From contig JARFYF010000063.1 of the NCBI GenBank assembly GCA_030265395.1, positions 51,943,919 through 52,007,918 of the forward strand: a DNA stretch of 64,000 nt, in the 5' to 3' direction. A program made the position numbers and the translations under genes. This DNA is from Rhina ancylostomus. Its lineage: Eukaryota. Shown in pieces: positions 48,401 through 63,400 of this stretch. The notes below the pieces were generated by a model. It searched no databases. It was given only the letters and a program-made list of their open reading frames with translations, and had not been told where the DNA came from. Each line of letters starts with the position of its first letter. Position 1 is the stretch's first letter.

Positions 48401-51400
48401 ATGGTAACATGGCTCTGAAACTGTACACACGAAGCATTTTCCCTGCTATTTACAAGAGTGCCCTCAAAAGGACAGCTCAAGTTTAACTATATAAAAGCTT
48501 AAGATTTAGATCTCAGTTGGAGTACTGTGGCCAAGATTGGGCTCATTGTGTATGAGGAACCCTGAAGCTTTAGGATGAATACAATAGAGATTCACTTGAA
48601 CCTTGTTTGGCATTAGAAAACACAGATATGAGGACAGACTTGAAAAATTTAATATGTTTTCTTTAGAACAGTACAGATTATAAAATAATGTTACAGAGCT
48701 ACTTAAAATTATCAAAGGATAGGCCAGGATAGATTAAAGGATGGCTTCCAGTGACAGATGAGTCAAGAAGAAGTTGCCATCAATGCAAGAAAAAAAACAC
48801 AACTTTAGGAGAGGGAAGGAACAATGTTTTAGAGTTGTGGACCAATACTCATTCCAATCAGTGGATGGGCTCCAGCCCTACTTCCCAGGAATTGCCAGAA
48901 TAATATTGTGAAATCTACCACATTATATACAAAGAATTAAATTTATGATACTTCGTAATTAAAGCATGTTTATTTTGCAAAATATCCTTGACTATAAAGC
49001 AATTCAAAGTTCTCCATCAACTTCAACCAGAATAAAGAACACTGATTAAAAGGTTCAAAGGCAGCTTGCTCACACACAATAAGAAAACAATAATTTGGAA
49101 GCATTTTTATAGGAGTTAGCAAAACTTAATACAGTACATATAGTTTGATAAACATAAGAATTCACATACCTCAGTGTTCATGCTGCTTAACTGGTCATAG
49201 CCGGTCTGGGATTGTTGCAAGAAACTGCAGTAAGTTTCTAGTTCTTTTTTTTGGAAATTGATAAAGTTTGCCAACTTGTCCTGAAGTTCCAATGTTCTAT
49301 CACTTTTCTTTTGCTGTTAAATACACACAAAACTGAATTACTATGGAAATAACTTATCAGCTACTTTTTTTTGATAAGCACGAGTTCTCACATCTACAGC
49401 ACCAACTGGTGCTGCCACAGCCCTTGATAAGCAGTTGCTTATGACCAAGGTTTGATGATGCTAATCCAAAGTACTTTTTGCAAATTAACAATCCAACCAN
49501 NNNNNNNNNNNNNNNNNNNNNNNNNNNNNNNNNNNNNNNNNNNNNNNNNNNNNNNNNNNNNNNNNNNNNNNNNNNNNNNNNNNNNNNNNNNNNNNNNNNC
49601 AGGACATTAGGGAAAGGCATAGACAAAATTCAGGGCAGGCCTCTCCTGTACTTATTTCAGTTTAGTAACAGAATATGTATTAATTGCATACGCATCCTAC
49701 AGTACCCCTTGACATGCCAAGCACAATTCTGCTCAGAATAAATGGTCAGTGCAATACCAAGTTATAGTCTAGTGACTCAGATTTCCTTTTAAGTGGATGA
49801 TCAGACATCTGGAAATTGAAGAACAGTGACCACTTCATGTAGCCTAATCAGAAGACTTCAAACTACAACCCATAGAATAAGGAAATTACTATTTTAATCC
49901 TTGAGGAACAAACATGCACCAACAGAACAGATCTTACTAATTTTAAAGATACTGCTCAGAGACAAAACATGGAATTGTTCAATTACATAACAACATTTCT
50001 ATCCTATCAGCCCAGATCAAATGAACACTTCGACATCCATGGTCAAAAAAAAAGGACATCAGTTAAGATCAGGAAGCTGAAAAGGGTCTGAAAAAGGGAA
50101 ATAGAAAAGATGAGACAGAAAAACCATGTTCAGTGGACAAGAAAAGACTAAAATCAGAGCAGTCCTGTTTATGGACCTTGGAAAGAATGTAGAAGCACAC
50201 TGTGCTGATTCACACTGTGTTGGGAATGTAGAATGTAGAACATTAAGAATGTAGAAGCACACTGTGCTGAAGTACACTGTGTTGGGGCTGATTTTGAAAG
50301 GGGGAGGTTATTGATGGCTTAAAACAGTAGTTTAGTGTTTGATTGCCAGGTTACAGAAAGCTACATGGTATAGAAGAGTTGACTGTAAGCTTTTGTAAAG
50401 TGGCATTACTCAAATAACAGCACAAAATTGTCAGTAAGAATAATAAAAGCATACTGAGATTGGACCCAAGAGGCAGGTTCAATGGGAGGTGGGTTAGAAC
50501 GGCTAAAGAAATGTTAAGAAATTGTGATTGATACCATGGTAGAAAATGAAAAGACCAAGATCATGAGAGAAGGAACCCAATCAGAATAAAAATTCCAAAG
50601 GTGGTAGGAAAAGTCCATCAGGGTGTGTTTGGAGGATTCTTCCAGCCAAAGATGTAGAGAGAGTCAAAAAGTAACTCAAAAAAACATTAATACTAGCAAA
50701 ACAATACTTTTTGACTTTTGCACAAAAGCTATTTGTTTCTTAATATTCTTTTACACAAAATTAGAATGGGAAAACACTGGCAGTATCAAACAGTCTGGTA
50801 AACAAATGAAGCCTTAGACAAGTTAGCAAACAGCTGCTAGCAAGAGGTGATCATGTACAATCTAAAGTTATACAAAGTTGTTCATACCAAGGCACTCTTC
50901 TTTTTTTCTACTGTCTCCCGCTTTGCCTGTATTTCACTCTTACGTTGTTCTGGGCATTCCACAATCATGGGCTTGAGCTTAGCTTGCCTCTCTTTTTCGT
51001 TAGCCAAATCCTCTTTCAACTGGCTCTACCAATAAAAAATATTTTTTAGGGGAAAAAGATTAATGATTTCAACCTGTTAACCAACTGTTGGGATACAGTT
51101 GTATAATGGTTATTTTGCTGTACTAAAGACAGGATTACTGCCTATGAACTGAAAGTTCAAAACCTATAGGACATTTGAATTCAGTTAATTAAATAAACCT
51201 GGAATAAAAATCTAATTTGGTAACAGCAACCATGAAACCAATGGATTATGATAAAATGTGTCACAGTTAACCAATATGGCTCAGACACGACTACATAGTG
51301 CCATGACTTTAAATGACCTAACAATTCAGAGTTATATCAAACTACCACATGAGCATTAAGAAAACCAGATCGATCATTCAGCATCAACCTGGGCACCAAA

Positions 51401-54400
51401 CACAATAAAAGGTATGTCCACTAATGGTCTCTTCAGTAAAATCTGGAAAACCACATCAAAATTGAGATCTGTCCCACAGATTAGTCAACCAACAACCTTA
51501 CTAACCAAATAATAACTTTCAGCAAATGTTGCCAACTCTTCACCTTCACCATCTTCAATGGTGTCTCTGGGTGTGATGTGATGGATCTTATGGTACAAGG
51601 TCAAACCTGAGTACAGAAAACTCCTGCAGATTACCACCCAGTGCGGATGAACCAATACTCCATTGCACTGAACACCACTTGATAGAAGCACCAAGATTAA
51701 AAGAGCACAGAATGCACTCTGGGTGGATGTACNNNNNNNNNNNNNNNNNNNNNNNNNNNNNNNNNNNNNNNNNNNNNNNNNNNNNNNNNNNNNNNNNNNN
51801 NNNNNNNNNNNNNNNNNNNNNNNNNNNNNNNNGGTGGATGTACCACTAAAGAAGTAGTGAAAAACTGCCAAACTGGGCCTGAGCTTCAAGTGGGGATTTT
51901 AACTAATGATTGTAGTGTACAGCTGTGCTCTACATCAGGTAAATACAGATATCACTCATGTTTGATTAGTGAGAAGCAACATTCCCACATCACTATGCTG
52001 GACAATGACCATCTCCAACTAGAGTTCTGACATTCAGCAAATTCCCCAACCCCATCTACATCCTGGGCAGACATCTGAGCTTTTTGCCCACAAGAGTATA
52101 TTAGATGATATTCTGTGCTGAGATGGTATTCAGTGCAAAATAGCTGCCAGCTTCAGTATTGGAAACTGATGTTGGGAATGAATTTCTTTAGCTGTAGTCC
52201 TTGTGTTCTTATGGCCTGCTCCACAAATGGAACTTTTTTTGCTGTTGGTGACATGCCATCTGCAAATTTGATCAATCTATGAGGCTGAATAGACAATCAG
52301 CTTTATGTCGTCATGGGACAGTTTTTCTTCTGGCTTGCAACTTCTCCACTGAAGTGCAGAGAATGCCTTGCTTTGAGGCATGGGGCCAGCTTGTCTCTGG
52401 ATATGAGGGATAGAAATGCTTGAGACTTGGTATGCATTTAATTGGTGTCTGTTAAAGCTGGAGGCAACTAGCCAGATACATGTTCTCTGGCTCTCTGCAG
52501 TACTTAGGAGTCCTGATAAATTTAACTTCAGCAACACTCAAAGGGTGACATCATCCAAAATGATGCTGTTTACTCAACTAACACTACACCCATCATCTTA
52601 TATACCCATTCCATTCATCAACGGTACATCTTACTGCAATATGACACACCTAATAATGTCCTACAGAAAATTGCCAAGGTTTTGTCAACAGCATCTCCCA
52701 AACCTGCTACTTTTAACACTTAGAAAGACAAGAACAAAAAGGCACATGGGAAATATTATTTAAATTTGAAAATATCTCTTTTTTGTAATCTTACACAAGT
52801 ATGAAACCCAGGTGGCACAGTCAATTTTCATCCTGCCTTTCGATTTCATTCCAAGCTGTGACATGCTTTTGTTTATCAGATAAAACTGAAGTTCTTTTGA
52901 ATAACTAAATGAAGTTCAACAATCTCATTAGCATCATTTTACCATGATGTGTGGGAGTATGAAGTTCGAGCTATTTATATGCAAGAATAGGAAAGTACTT
53001 GTGTATAAATAGATTTGGCCGTAAATCTTTAAATTAGCCTGTTTATAACCATCTGGAAATTATCACAGTTTTATGTAATAGACAGCACAAAATCTGCAGT
53101 GTGCTCTGCACAAGCACATTAAGGTTTCTCGTTCTGTTTACATCTCCTCCAGGCCTTCCCCCCCACCTCACTCAGCTGTCACCATCATCATTTGCATCAT
53201 TCAACCTTTCTTGGTCTACGTGCTATCACAGATGTTTTGTTTGCTTTCTCCACTACTCCCACTTCTTTGCAACTTAAAATAGATCACTCTTATTTTTGAT
53301 ATATGCATCCCTCAATCAAAAGAACATAAAATCTAATAATGCTACTACAATTTAGAATTTCGAAAGTGAATTGTACAAATTCTCCCAAGTACCTTCCCTA
53401 CACCTTTACTGCCATTGGGTTTAACATTCAGTCGTGTCCATGGCAATAACATATGGCATTTCCAACTCAAGGAACCAGTATTTTCCTGCTGTTTAAAACA
53501 GTGTCAAATCAATTGCAAGCATAAGGAGAGCATTCTTTTGTTAATCCATTTACAGAATGTGTATGTTGCCGGGAAGGGCAGAACATTGCCAATTCTTAAA
53601 AGCCCTTGAGAAGGCATTGGTGAGCACCTTCTTGAACCTGTATGATGATGGAACTGTCACAATTCTGTCAGAAAAGACTGCCAAAATTTTAACTCAACAG
53701 CAATGAAACAATGGTGCTTTATTTTTTAAATTAGGACCATGTGTGCCAATTTGCAATTGTAATGTTGCCCTATGCCTGCAGCCCTTATCCCTCCAGTGGG
53801 TAGAGGTTATAGGTTTGGGAGGTGCTGTTGAGAAAGACCTTGATATGCTGGTTCAATGCAAAGCTGTAATAATATTCAAATAGGTATTAACAAGCTAATT
53901 TAAAGTTTTCCAGTCAAATGTATTTATACACAAATGCCTGAAAATCATTTTACATACAAAAAGTTTTATCTCAGCTCCCACTGAATATTGCACTTCTGCA
54001 TTTCATGGTAAATTGACACATGACAATGTTCTTACTGAGACAGTTGAGCTCCATTTAGATATTCAAAAGAAGTTCTATTTTTCTTGAGAAACAAAAACAT
54101 GTCACAAGTTGAAATAGAAACTGGAAGGCAGAATAAAATTTGCACATGAAATCTTGACACAAATCTAGGTTTCAAAAAAGTCAGCTTAACATTTATCAAT
54201 TCACTAAAATCTTCAAAGCTTTCATTGTCTAAGCCCAAATTTTGTTTCAGTTTTGCATCACATATTGACTTACAAAAGATACAATTCTTACAAATCAAAA
54301 CAGAGTCAAAATTAAAAATTAAGATATACCTACCAGCCCTTTGTTTTGTTCAGCAATTTCAGCCTTCTGTTGTGTAGTAGCATCTTGAATAGAACTCTGC

Positions 54401-57400
54401 ACAAAAAAATGCAGTGCATTACAATATCATCAACATAACATGAAGGAAGGCATTTTAAGACATTGCCTGCAGATTGAATATCCACAGGTGCAACAAGCTG
54501 TTTTATGAAAATTGCAGCTTTTGCTAAATAGATGTTTGCAAGATGCCAAAGGCCAGGTGAAAACCAAGTTCCAAGAAATGCCCAGGTGAATATTGAAGAT
54601 TTGGTATTGTTTTTCATTAATGAAGATGAAGACTAATTATTAGCTATGACAGGTCCAAATGCTCCTAACATTGTCACCTTGGCAATTAATTTCAACATGG
54701 TCATGGATAGAGAAAAGAATCTTTGAAAGCTGATTAACATTTCAGGGCCAATGACAAGCACAACAGAAAACTAAATAAATGAGAAATATGTTTTCATATT
54801 CTGCATTTTCTATCTGAAGACCACAAAAAATCTAGTCACATTAAAGTTCAAATTTTCATACAGAACTAGGTTAGATTTGACATGTCCCCTAAAACCTTAA
54901 ATAGCTTGTCCACTGATCCACTACACCGACCCAGCTCCCAACCTGAAAGTTTGCACATGCAGAATTTAGGCTTCTTCTGCCTGTAGGAGATGGTAAACTG
55001 GCTGTGCTCCCCTATGTAACAACAATAAGTATATGCACCAGTAAATGTCAACAGTAAAGAACTTTGTAATGTTCTGCTACATTAATTCAAGTTAACAGAA
55101 TGAGGAAAGCAGAGGAAGAAAACCTTTGCTGCCCTATTTTTGAGAAAAAGTGCAAACATCTCCAACACAAGCACACTTACTTGTTTGTGGCGATATTCCC
55201 AGTTTATCGCTTGCTGTAATTCTGTAATGTCAGCAGACAGTACATCAATTTTTGCCTGTTGCTCAGGTGGTATCGTGCTGGCAAAATAAATGTTTTCCAA
55301 TTAAGTTGTTTTATATTATTTCATACAATTTGTATATCTTTAAAATGTCATTGAAATCAGTCTCTAAGAAACACTTTTTAGGAGTAGTACAACAGGATCC
55401 AATCTAATCCACTATAACTTTGAGATGCCAGACAACTCAACTGGCATCTCTTCAGTCTTCAACTGAGAACTTGTGCTCAAAATGCCCCAGGATTAGATAA
55501 AAGTATTTAATTACAAATGTAACAGCACAGAAAACTGTTTTGCATTTTCTAAGTTTTTGAAGAACTAATAATTAATTTTAAAAATTATCCTGTGTAACTA
55601 GATGATTATAGGATACCATCAACAATGGTTTATTACAGAACTATTAAATTTGCAAAATTATATTCACCCAAAACAAAAGGGAAATGCATCAAAATGGTAC
55701 AGAATGCCCAACAACAGAGATTAAAGGAGAGTTAAGGCTTCATTAACAATATATACAACCATATTTCATTCTACAAATGTACTCCCTAACTATGCAGCAT
55801 TTGTAATTGCTTTGTTCACATTACCCTAGCCTAAAAAAACTTTTCACCATTTTGACTTTTACCAGAGCAGGTGATGACTTTGAAGTGCACACAATGCAGG
55901 TCAATTCCCACTGGAGGTTAATAAACCAAACACAGCAAATCATACATTTTCTGTATTTATGGGACCTGTAGCTTTGCAATGTACCCAGCATCAACTACTA
56001 AACTTATATTCCAACACTGGTATAATTGAGAAATAACTATTCCTTCAAAAGGTTAAACTGCATAATGATCAACCTACTTTAGGCTTTGAATTCTGTATTT
56101 CATTTCTTCATTTGATGAAAGCATCTCCTGCATCATCTCCAAATTCAATTTCTGTGGGTAATAATTGAATATGATATACAGTATTTTTTCACTAACATTA
56201 CACTTTTGCAATGGAGGCTACTTTGCCCAAAATACATTTTGCACTATTTATTGTCAAATATTCATGGCTATAATACAACTGGATCAGCAAAATAGAGATT
56301 GAATTGAAAAGTCCATTTGCTTGCTGTTAGATAGACATCAGAATGAACCTGAAAATCTAACAATGAAGTTTGTTGATTTAAGTAAACAGTAGAACCAAAA
56401 AATAAACAAGGAAGCTGGTGAGCAAATAGATCTTTTTGACTTTAAAAAAATGCAAATAGGTCAAATTTGCAGACAACACAAACTGGGATAGGCATAGAAA
56501 TGCTTAGATGAACTGGGCATTTGCAAGCACTTTGCAAAATAAATTCAGCGCTGCTCTGATAGACGTAATGTACTGCACATGGTGAAAATGCTCAAAAGTA
56601 TACAGATAAAGGATCAGAAATAACAAAACTGCATTGTAATGTCTTGCACTTTCAATATCTAAGACAATGAAAATAAAAGCAGAATCCCAATATATGCAAC
56701 TGAAGGACTACCAATTTTTGATCTGATCATACATGCAATGCATTCAATTCAATTCTGGACTACCTTAGGTAAAGATGGTTTTATTATTCGATACATATAG
56801 AATCCTGATAAGACCATCCATATTCACAGATGAATATTGTGATGTGCTAATGAAAGGCACGGTAGCGTAGCGGTTAGCGCAACACTATTACAGCGCCAGC
56901 GATCTGGGTTCGATTCCCGTCGCTGTCTGTAAGGAGTTTGTACATTCTCCCATGTCTGCGTGGGTTTCCTCCAGGTGCTCCAGTTTCCTACCACATTCTA
57001 AAGACGTACAGGTAGGTTAATATGGGGTTTAAAAATGGGCAGCGTGGACTATTGGACCAGAAGGGCCTGTTACCACGCTACAAATAAAATTCTTTAATTT
57101 TAAGAAAGATGCTTAGCTTTCTTAGGAATACTCATAAGAATTCCACAGGAAAAATGGAGCAAAGAAATTATTGCTTTAAATTTTTAAAAAGTAATCTATC
57201 AAGAGAAATACAGAATGAATAAAGAAATCCTATTAACAATAATCCCAAGTCAATACAATTCCTTCCTATCATTTGAATCAAGAGTGAACATTTTAATTGT
57301 TACAGGAATCTTGCTATATATTACTTGCTGGAACATAAAATTATCCTGCAATAAAAAAAACAATACTTACAAAACTTTTTTGTTGGTTCAGATAGGTCTC

Positions 57401-60400
57401 CAGGGTTTTCCTTCTGAATTGAAGAAAACTGATGATACCACTCAGGATTATAATGGTACACTTTTTGTCTTTGATAATGAAATTAATGAAATTGTGTACA
57501 AGATGAGCAAGTAAGAAACAGAAAGAAAATAAATGGTTATCACTTTACACACCCCAAAATACCTCTCATATTATTTTGCAGTTCAATTATTAAAATTGAG
57601 TCATGCGGGCAAATATGTTAGATCGTAACAATAAAATCCATTCAATACCAGTGCTCCTCAAAAATTAACAAACACGTAATTTTTCTTACCATTTTTCCAA
57701 AGTGTAATTTACTATAATCTAGCTTCAATCTCACAACTGTAAAACCATTTTAATTCAGGTCAACTGTAATTATCAACAGGTCAACTATAATAGCAAGATA
57801 TACAACAAAACTATGAAATAATACACAATGCTACTTTTCCTACATATTTGCAATAATTACAAATATTTTTAGATCAAGAGGAATTTACCAATCTTCTGCT
57901 AGATGTAGTCCAAAATTACTTTCTCTAGAATTTTTTTTAGACTGCATTGGAGCTACGTAAATAGGTTTGAAAAAGTTCGCCCCAGTTCAATTTTGGTTTG
58001 CTTTCAATTTTTCATCACATCTAGTTTCTAAAGGCTGTCCTATAGCCCTATGTATGACTTGTAGGGCTTGAAAAGATGTTTGAGTGGGACTAGTGTTCAG
58101 GGGATAACTGTTATTTGAGGATTAAACTGCACCCTTCACCTTACACACTCCACCACGATAGTAGATAACTTAGAGGCTGCTGAAGAAGTGCTAAAAGCAT
58201 TCACATGCAATATTCAAACCATACTCTAAATTGAGCTTGTTCTGCTGCACAACTGCTTAAAGAATACTATCCAGAAGAATTTGATTGCCTAGAATACTCA
58301 ATAAGCCACATTTCAGGAAATAAAATTTTAAATCAGCATTTTGTATGAGATGGAGAGGGTGGGTCACGTGTTAACATGGACTGAAGACTAGGCCCATGGA
58401 TCAGTTGTTGATCCTCACTTATTTACTAGTTATGTTAGTGACTTAAAGGAGGTAGAAGACAACAAGGTATTCAAGTTTGCTGATGGGGATGACACGAAAA
58501 TAGGTGGGAGATCATAATGCAATGAGGATACTGGACTCTGGAGATAGACAGGTTGCATGAATGGATGAACATTTGGTAACTTGATGTATGAAAGTATGAG
58601 GTCATGCACTTTAAAAGGAGGAATCAAAAGGCAGTCCATTATCTAAATAAAGAGAAATTGCAAATTAGTGGAGTACAGGGGGATCTAGATGTTCATGTGT
58701 CCAAAACAAAAAAAATTAGCATGCAGGTGCAGGAAGCAATTTACAAGGCAAACAGCACATTAGCCTTTATTGCTCAGGCTATAAAAATAGAGAAGTAATG
58801 ACAAAATTACACAGAGTGTTGTTGAGGCTGGAGTACTGAGTAGAGTTTTGGTCCCCTTATTTAAGGATATAGTGCATAAAAGGCTGTCCAGAAGAGATTA
58901 ATAAACTAATCCCTGGGATGAGTGGGCTATACTACCACGAACAGCTAAAAAAGTTAAAATTTATTATATGGAGTTTAAAAGATTGAGAAACAATACTCTT
59001 GAAACATACAAGATCCTAAGGGGGCACGACACATAGATGCTGAGATGTTTCCATTTGTGAGAGAATCTCAAAGGAGGGGATAAAAGTAAAAGATAAGGGA
59101 TTGTTCTTCTGAAGAGGTACATAGGAATTTCTTCTTGCAGAAAGCATCGAATCTCTGAAATTTTCTATCCCAGAGGGTTGTAGAACCCAGATCATTACAG
59201 TATTTAAAGAAGAGATAGATAACTAAAAAAAAAAAATCAGTGAATTGAGGGCTTTGTGGAATTGGTACAGAAGAGGAGTTAAGGCCTGGGGCACATTAAC
59301 CGTGATCATATTGAACAGTGGAGCAGTTTGAAGGGCTAGGTGGCCTACTTCTGATCATATTTTCTTGCACTTTTGTATGGAGGCAGCACCACCCATTTGG
59401 TTCAGAAAAATGGTCTGCTATATACAGCCTGTTATTATTTTTGTTGTTTAGTCAGAACCAGATACCTCAGGAATCAACACCAAATATTTCAAGCGGTTAG
59501 TGGTATTGATCGGTGTTGGAACAGTTTTGGTCATGCTTCTGTAGGCTACAGTAACAATTAATCAATTAGATCACCGTGGAACAGGTCTATGAAATGATAA
59601 CATAGAACTGGGGAATGCTGAGAAAAATTATTGAGCAAGGCAACATCTTTATATGCCTCCAGTTCTGTCCTTGATTGCTTTTCTCTTTGGTTCATCGTGG
59701 TATGCCAAGTCACATACTTAATTGGTGTTAGTCCTCCATAGTCATGTTGTGGTGATATATATTGTATGAGGATCTGGACTGTACTGTATCAAATTTCAGT
59801 TGGATCAACTGAATCATTGCCTTAGAAATGTAAACTTAGCAGCAGACATCAAGAAATTTCAAATTTCAAAAAATGTAAATGTCAATTGAGAACGTTGCTA
59901 TGCAGATAGAACTCCTTAGAGGTAGAAACAGTGTATCGGGCCATTCACTTACAGTGGCAAATCACAGTCAAGTTAACTCCCTTGATTTATTATTGGCTGC
60001 ACTACACACATGGTTATACACAAGAGATTTGAAACTGGACAAAATATCTTTTATGTAGATGCAAATCAGTTCATATAAATTACTGCTTTGGAGAATTTCT
60101 TCAAGCTTTTATGTCAAAAGTAATTTCATTCAATTTAGTAATCTGAACAACATGATTTAATACAGACTTTCAATCTGGGTAGTGCCTTTAAATTTAAATA
60201 CAAGTAGTGTGAATTTGAATCATAAAAGAACTATGTAATTAACAAATTGTAATTGGTTTTTATCCTGAAGTGCATATGAGAGATGAAATTGTCTAATATC
60301 CCTGATGTATTTTTACAACCACTGGAACCAAGCATGCTTTAATATCGAATTTGAATTAATTTGTAAGCTTACTAGGTCTCCAGAAGTCAGCCATCACAGA

Positions 60401-63400
60401 ATTTGGAATTGCGCATAGCGATATTAAGTTATGCCTGGAAGAGACATTAAAAACAAAATCAGTGTGTACATTGTATGGCTTCTTTCAAATATTTAACAAT
60501 ATCCTTTTTGTGTAATGCAAATTCCATTTAAATAGTTCTAAAAGAACATTTAAATACATAGAACAGTACAGCATAGGAAACAGGACCTTTGGCCCACGAT
60601 GTTGTGCCAAACTAATTAAGCTAATGACACCTAATCCCTTTGGTTTGCACATGATCCATATCCCTCAGTCCTTTGCATATTCATGTCCCTATCCAGGAAC
60701 CTCTTAAATGCCTCTATTTTATCTGCCTCCTCCACCCCTGACAGCACATTTCAGTCACTACTACCGCATATCTATAACCTATTTATATCCCACAGTATCC
60801 TTGGGCAACCTTCACCATCATCACCTCCTCAAAAAACTCAATCAAGTTAGTAAAACACAACCTGCCTTACACCAAGCCATGCTCGCGGTCCCTAATTAGG
60901 CCATGCTCTTTCAAATGCTCGTAAATTCTATCTCGAAAAATCTTCTCCAATAGCTTCCCTACCACTGATGTGAGACTCACTGACCTACAATTTCCAGGAT
61001 TATCCTTATTTCCCTTCTTGAACAAAGGAACTTCATCTGTGGCTAGAGAAGACACAAAGATCTTAGTCAAGGCTATAGGAAGCTCATCTCTTGCCTCTCT
61101 CAATAACCTGGGGTATTATTGCATTAGGCACTGGGGATGTCCATCTTAACATTCTTCAAGAGATCAAACACCACCTTTATTTCAAAATGACCTAGCATAT
61201 TAGCATGCTCCAAATTGATTTCACTAATCGTCCTCCTTGGTGAATACCGATGCAAAAAAATACTCATTTCGGACCTCACATACATCCTTTGCCTCCAAGC
61301 ATGTTCCCTCCTTTATCTTTGAGTGGTCCAACACTCTCCTTAGTTATCCTCTTGCTCCTAATGTATACATAGAATACTTTGGGATTCTCTTTAATCCTAC
61401 TTGCCAAGAACTTTTCATGGCTCCTCCTGGATCTCCTAATTTCCTTCTTGAGTTCTTTTCTGGCTTCTTTATATTCCTCAAATTTAGCCTTTTAAAATAT
61501 AATTAGTTCAAACTTACCAACAAATGATCAGGTACACAACATTGATTTTAAAAGATAGCTAGTTTTCAGATTAGATCAGTACTATGGATTTATATGAATA
61601 TAGTAAGAAACTTTTCTATCCTGATTACCTACTGTCAGGATCTAAGAAATGGGAGCTGACACTCGTACTAATAGCTGGCACCTTTCTTTGGCCTTCTACC
61701 TCTTTGCCATCAACTTTGAAGATAAAACCAGGAAAAACTGTGACAAATTTCTTGATTATTGACTTGATGCGCCAGTTACCACTGCAAAAAAATGTTAACA
61801 AGCTTAAAGAAAATTTAAATACAGGCACCCTGTAACAGGGAGTTGCATTTCTAAAAAAAAGCGCATGTTACAATTTTCCATAACACGAAGCTGCGTCATT
61901 TGTGCATGTCAAGAAATGAATGTTGAAAAAAGACACATTTCGTATTTACTTATTTATTTTTTCCACATAAATTCTGAGAGACCAAAATTTTATTCCCTAT
62001 GTCAAAGTTTTGGGTAATGATTTGTGAATTTTGTAAGGGTGAATTTCTGTTATCAGAATGGCTGTAACCCAGGGGATTGCCTGTAACACTTAAAGTCTGC
62101 AGTTTTAAAAGCAAATAATTGGAAGTCTTACATCATCAGTGCACAAAATATTAAACAGTATAGAACTAAAGCACATCAAAAAGAAACTATCAGAACACAA
62201 AGGTGAGTTGATAACAGTAAGTTTTAAACATATATTTAGGAGAACTTCAATATATGTTTACAATAAGCATAGCAGAGGCAAAAATATTAGAGGCTAATAA
62301 ATCCTCTGCACCAGTCAGGACATGTCCACTGGCGTTCAAGGAGATTAGAGAAGTAACATTATTAGTGTAACTCCACTGCCCCCCTTTTTTCTTTAACCTC
62401 CCTCTCAATCTTTTCTAAAACATTGAAATCTTGGAATATTAAGCACCCGTTCCTATCCCTCTCTCAACTAAGTCTCTTATTTACGAAGGGATCATTGTTC
62501 TCATGAAATGTTGTTATAAGTTTCCAAAAGTGTATTTGTGAGGTTGAAAGCTGGCATTTAACTAAACTTTGCAATATTCAAAGTACATCTCAGATCACAG
62601 GGGCTCAAATCTAGAATCAGAAAGAAAACATGTGCCAAACCAAAGATTTCAGAAGAGACATTCATCTGAACAACTTGGATTCTAATATATCCAAGATGCC
62701 TTATTCTACTAAACCACATATAATACTAATACTTACATGCAAATATACAGATTCAATAGTGGGACAGAATTTTCAAAAAGTTGAGGATATGGCATGCTGA
62801 CATCTCCAGGCATCTACAGATAAAGCAGGCAGATCAATTTAGGTATTTCATATTCCATTTGAATAATACACTTGAGAATGTGGCTTAAAAATGTTCTTCA
62901 AATGTTAAAGTCAAAAACACATTGTTCATAATATCAAGAATCCATAAAATATCATACAGTAAAACAATATTTCATAAAATCAATGCGTACATTATTTCAC
63001 AAGAGTCACTGCTATCTCCAACTTTCAACATAATCAACCCTATTGGAATAATAACAGAAGTTTCCAAATGCAAGAAAGTGGGAAAAAAAAGAGTAATTTC
63101 TCTGAATTAATAGACTAGTCCACAAAGTCTAATCTTCCTGATTTGTTACAGTTAATGATACCTAATTATCTTTGGATAAAGAAATGTACATTTAAGTGGG
63201 AATTAATATATTCATAATCAAGTATTTGACTAACCAAGGGCCAATTCTTGTACCGTTATCCTGAGAAACAAGAACACAGCAAATCATGCCAGCATACAGT
63301 GGTGGTATATATGCAGAGCAAAGAACATAAAAATACATAACATTCATTATTCTTCTTAAATTTTACTAACCATGTAGAAACAATCTGGTCTTGCATCAAA

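Noticed and set aside
61584-61835. ORFs on both strands inside the NUF2 span
   Set aside because: The neighbouring NUF2 exons (77 and 62 nt) already join in frame and match the expected protein; these ORFs show no NUF2 similarity.
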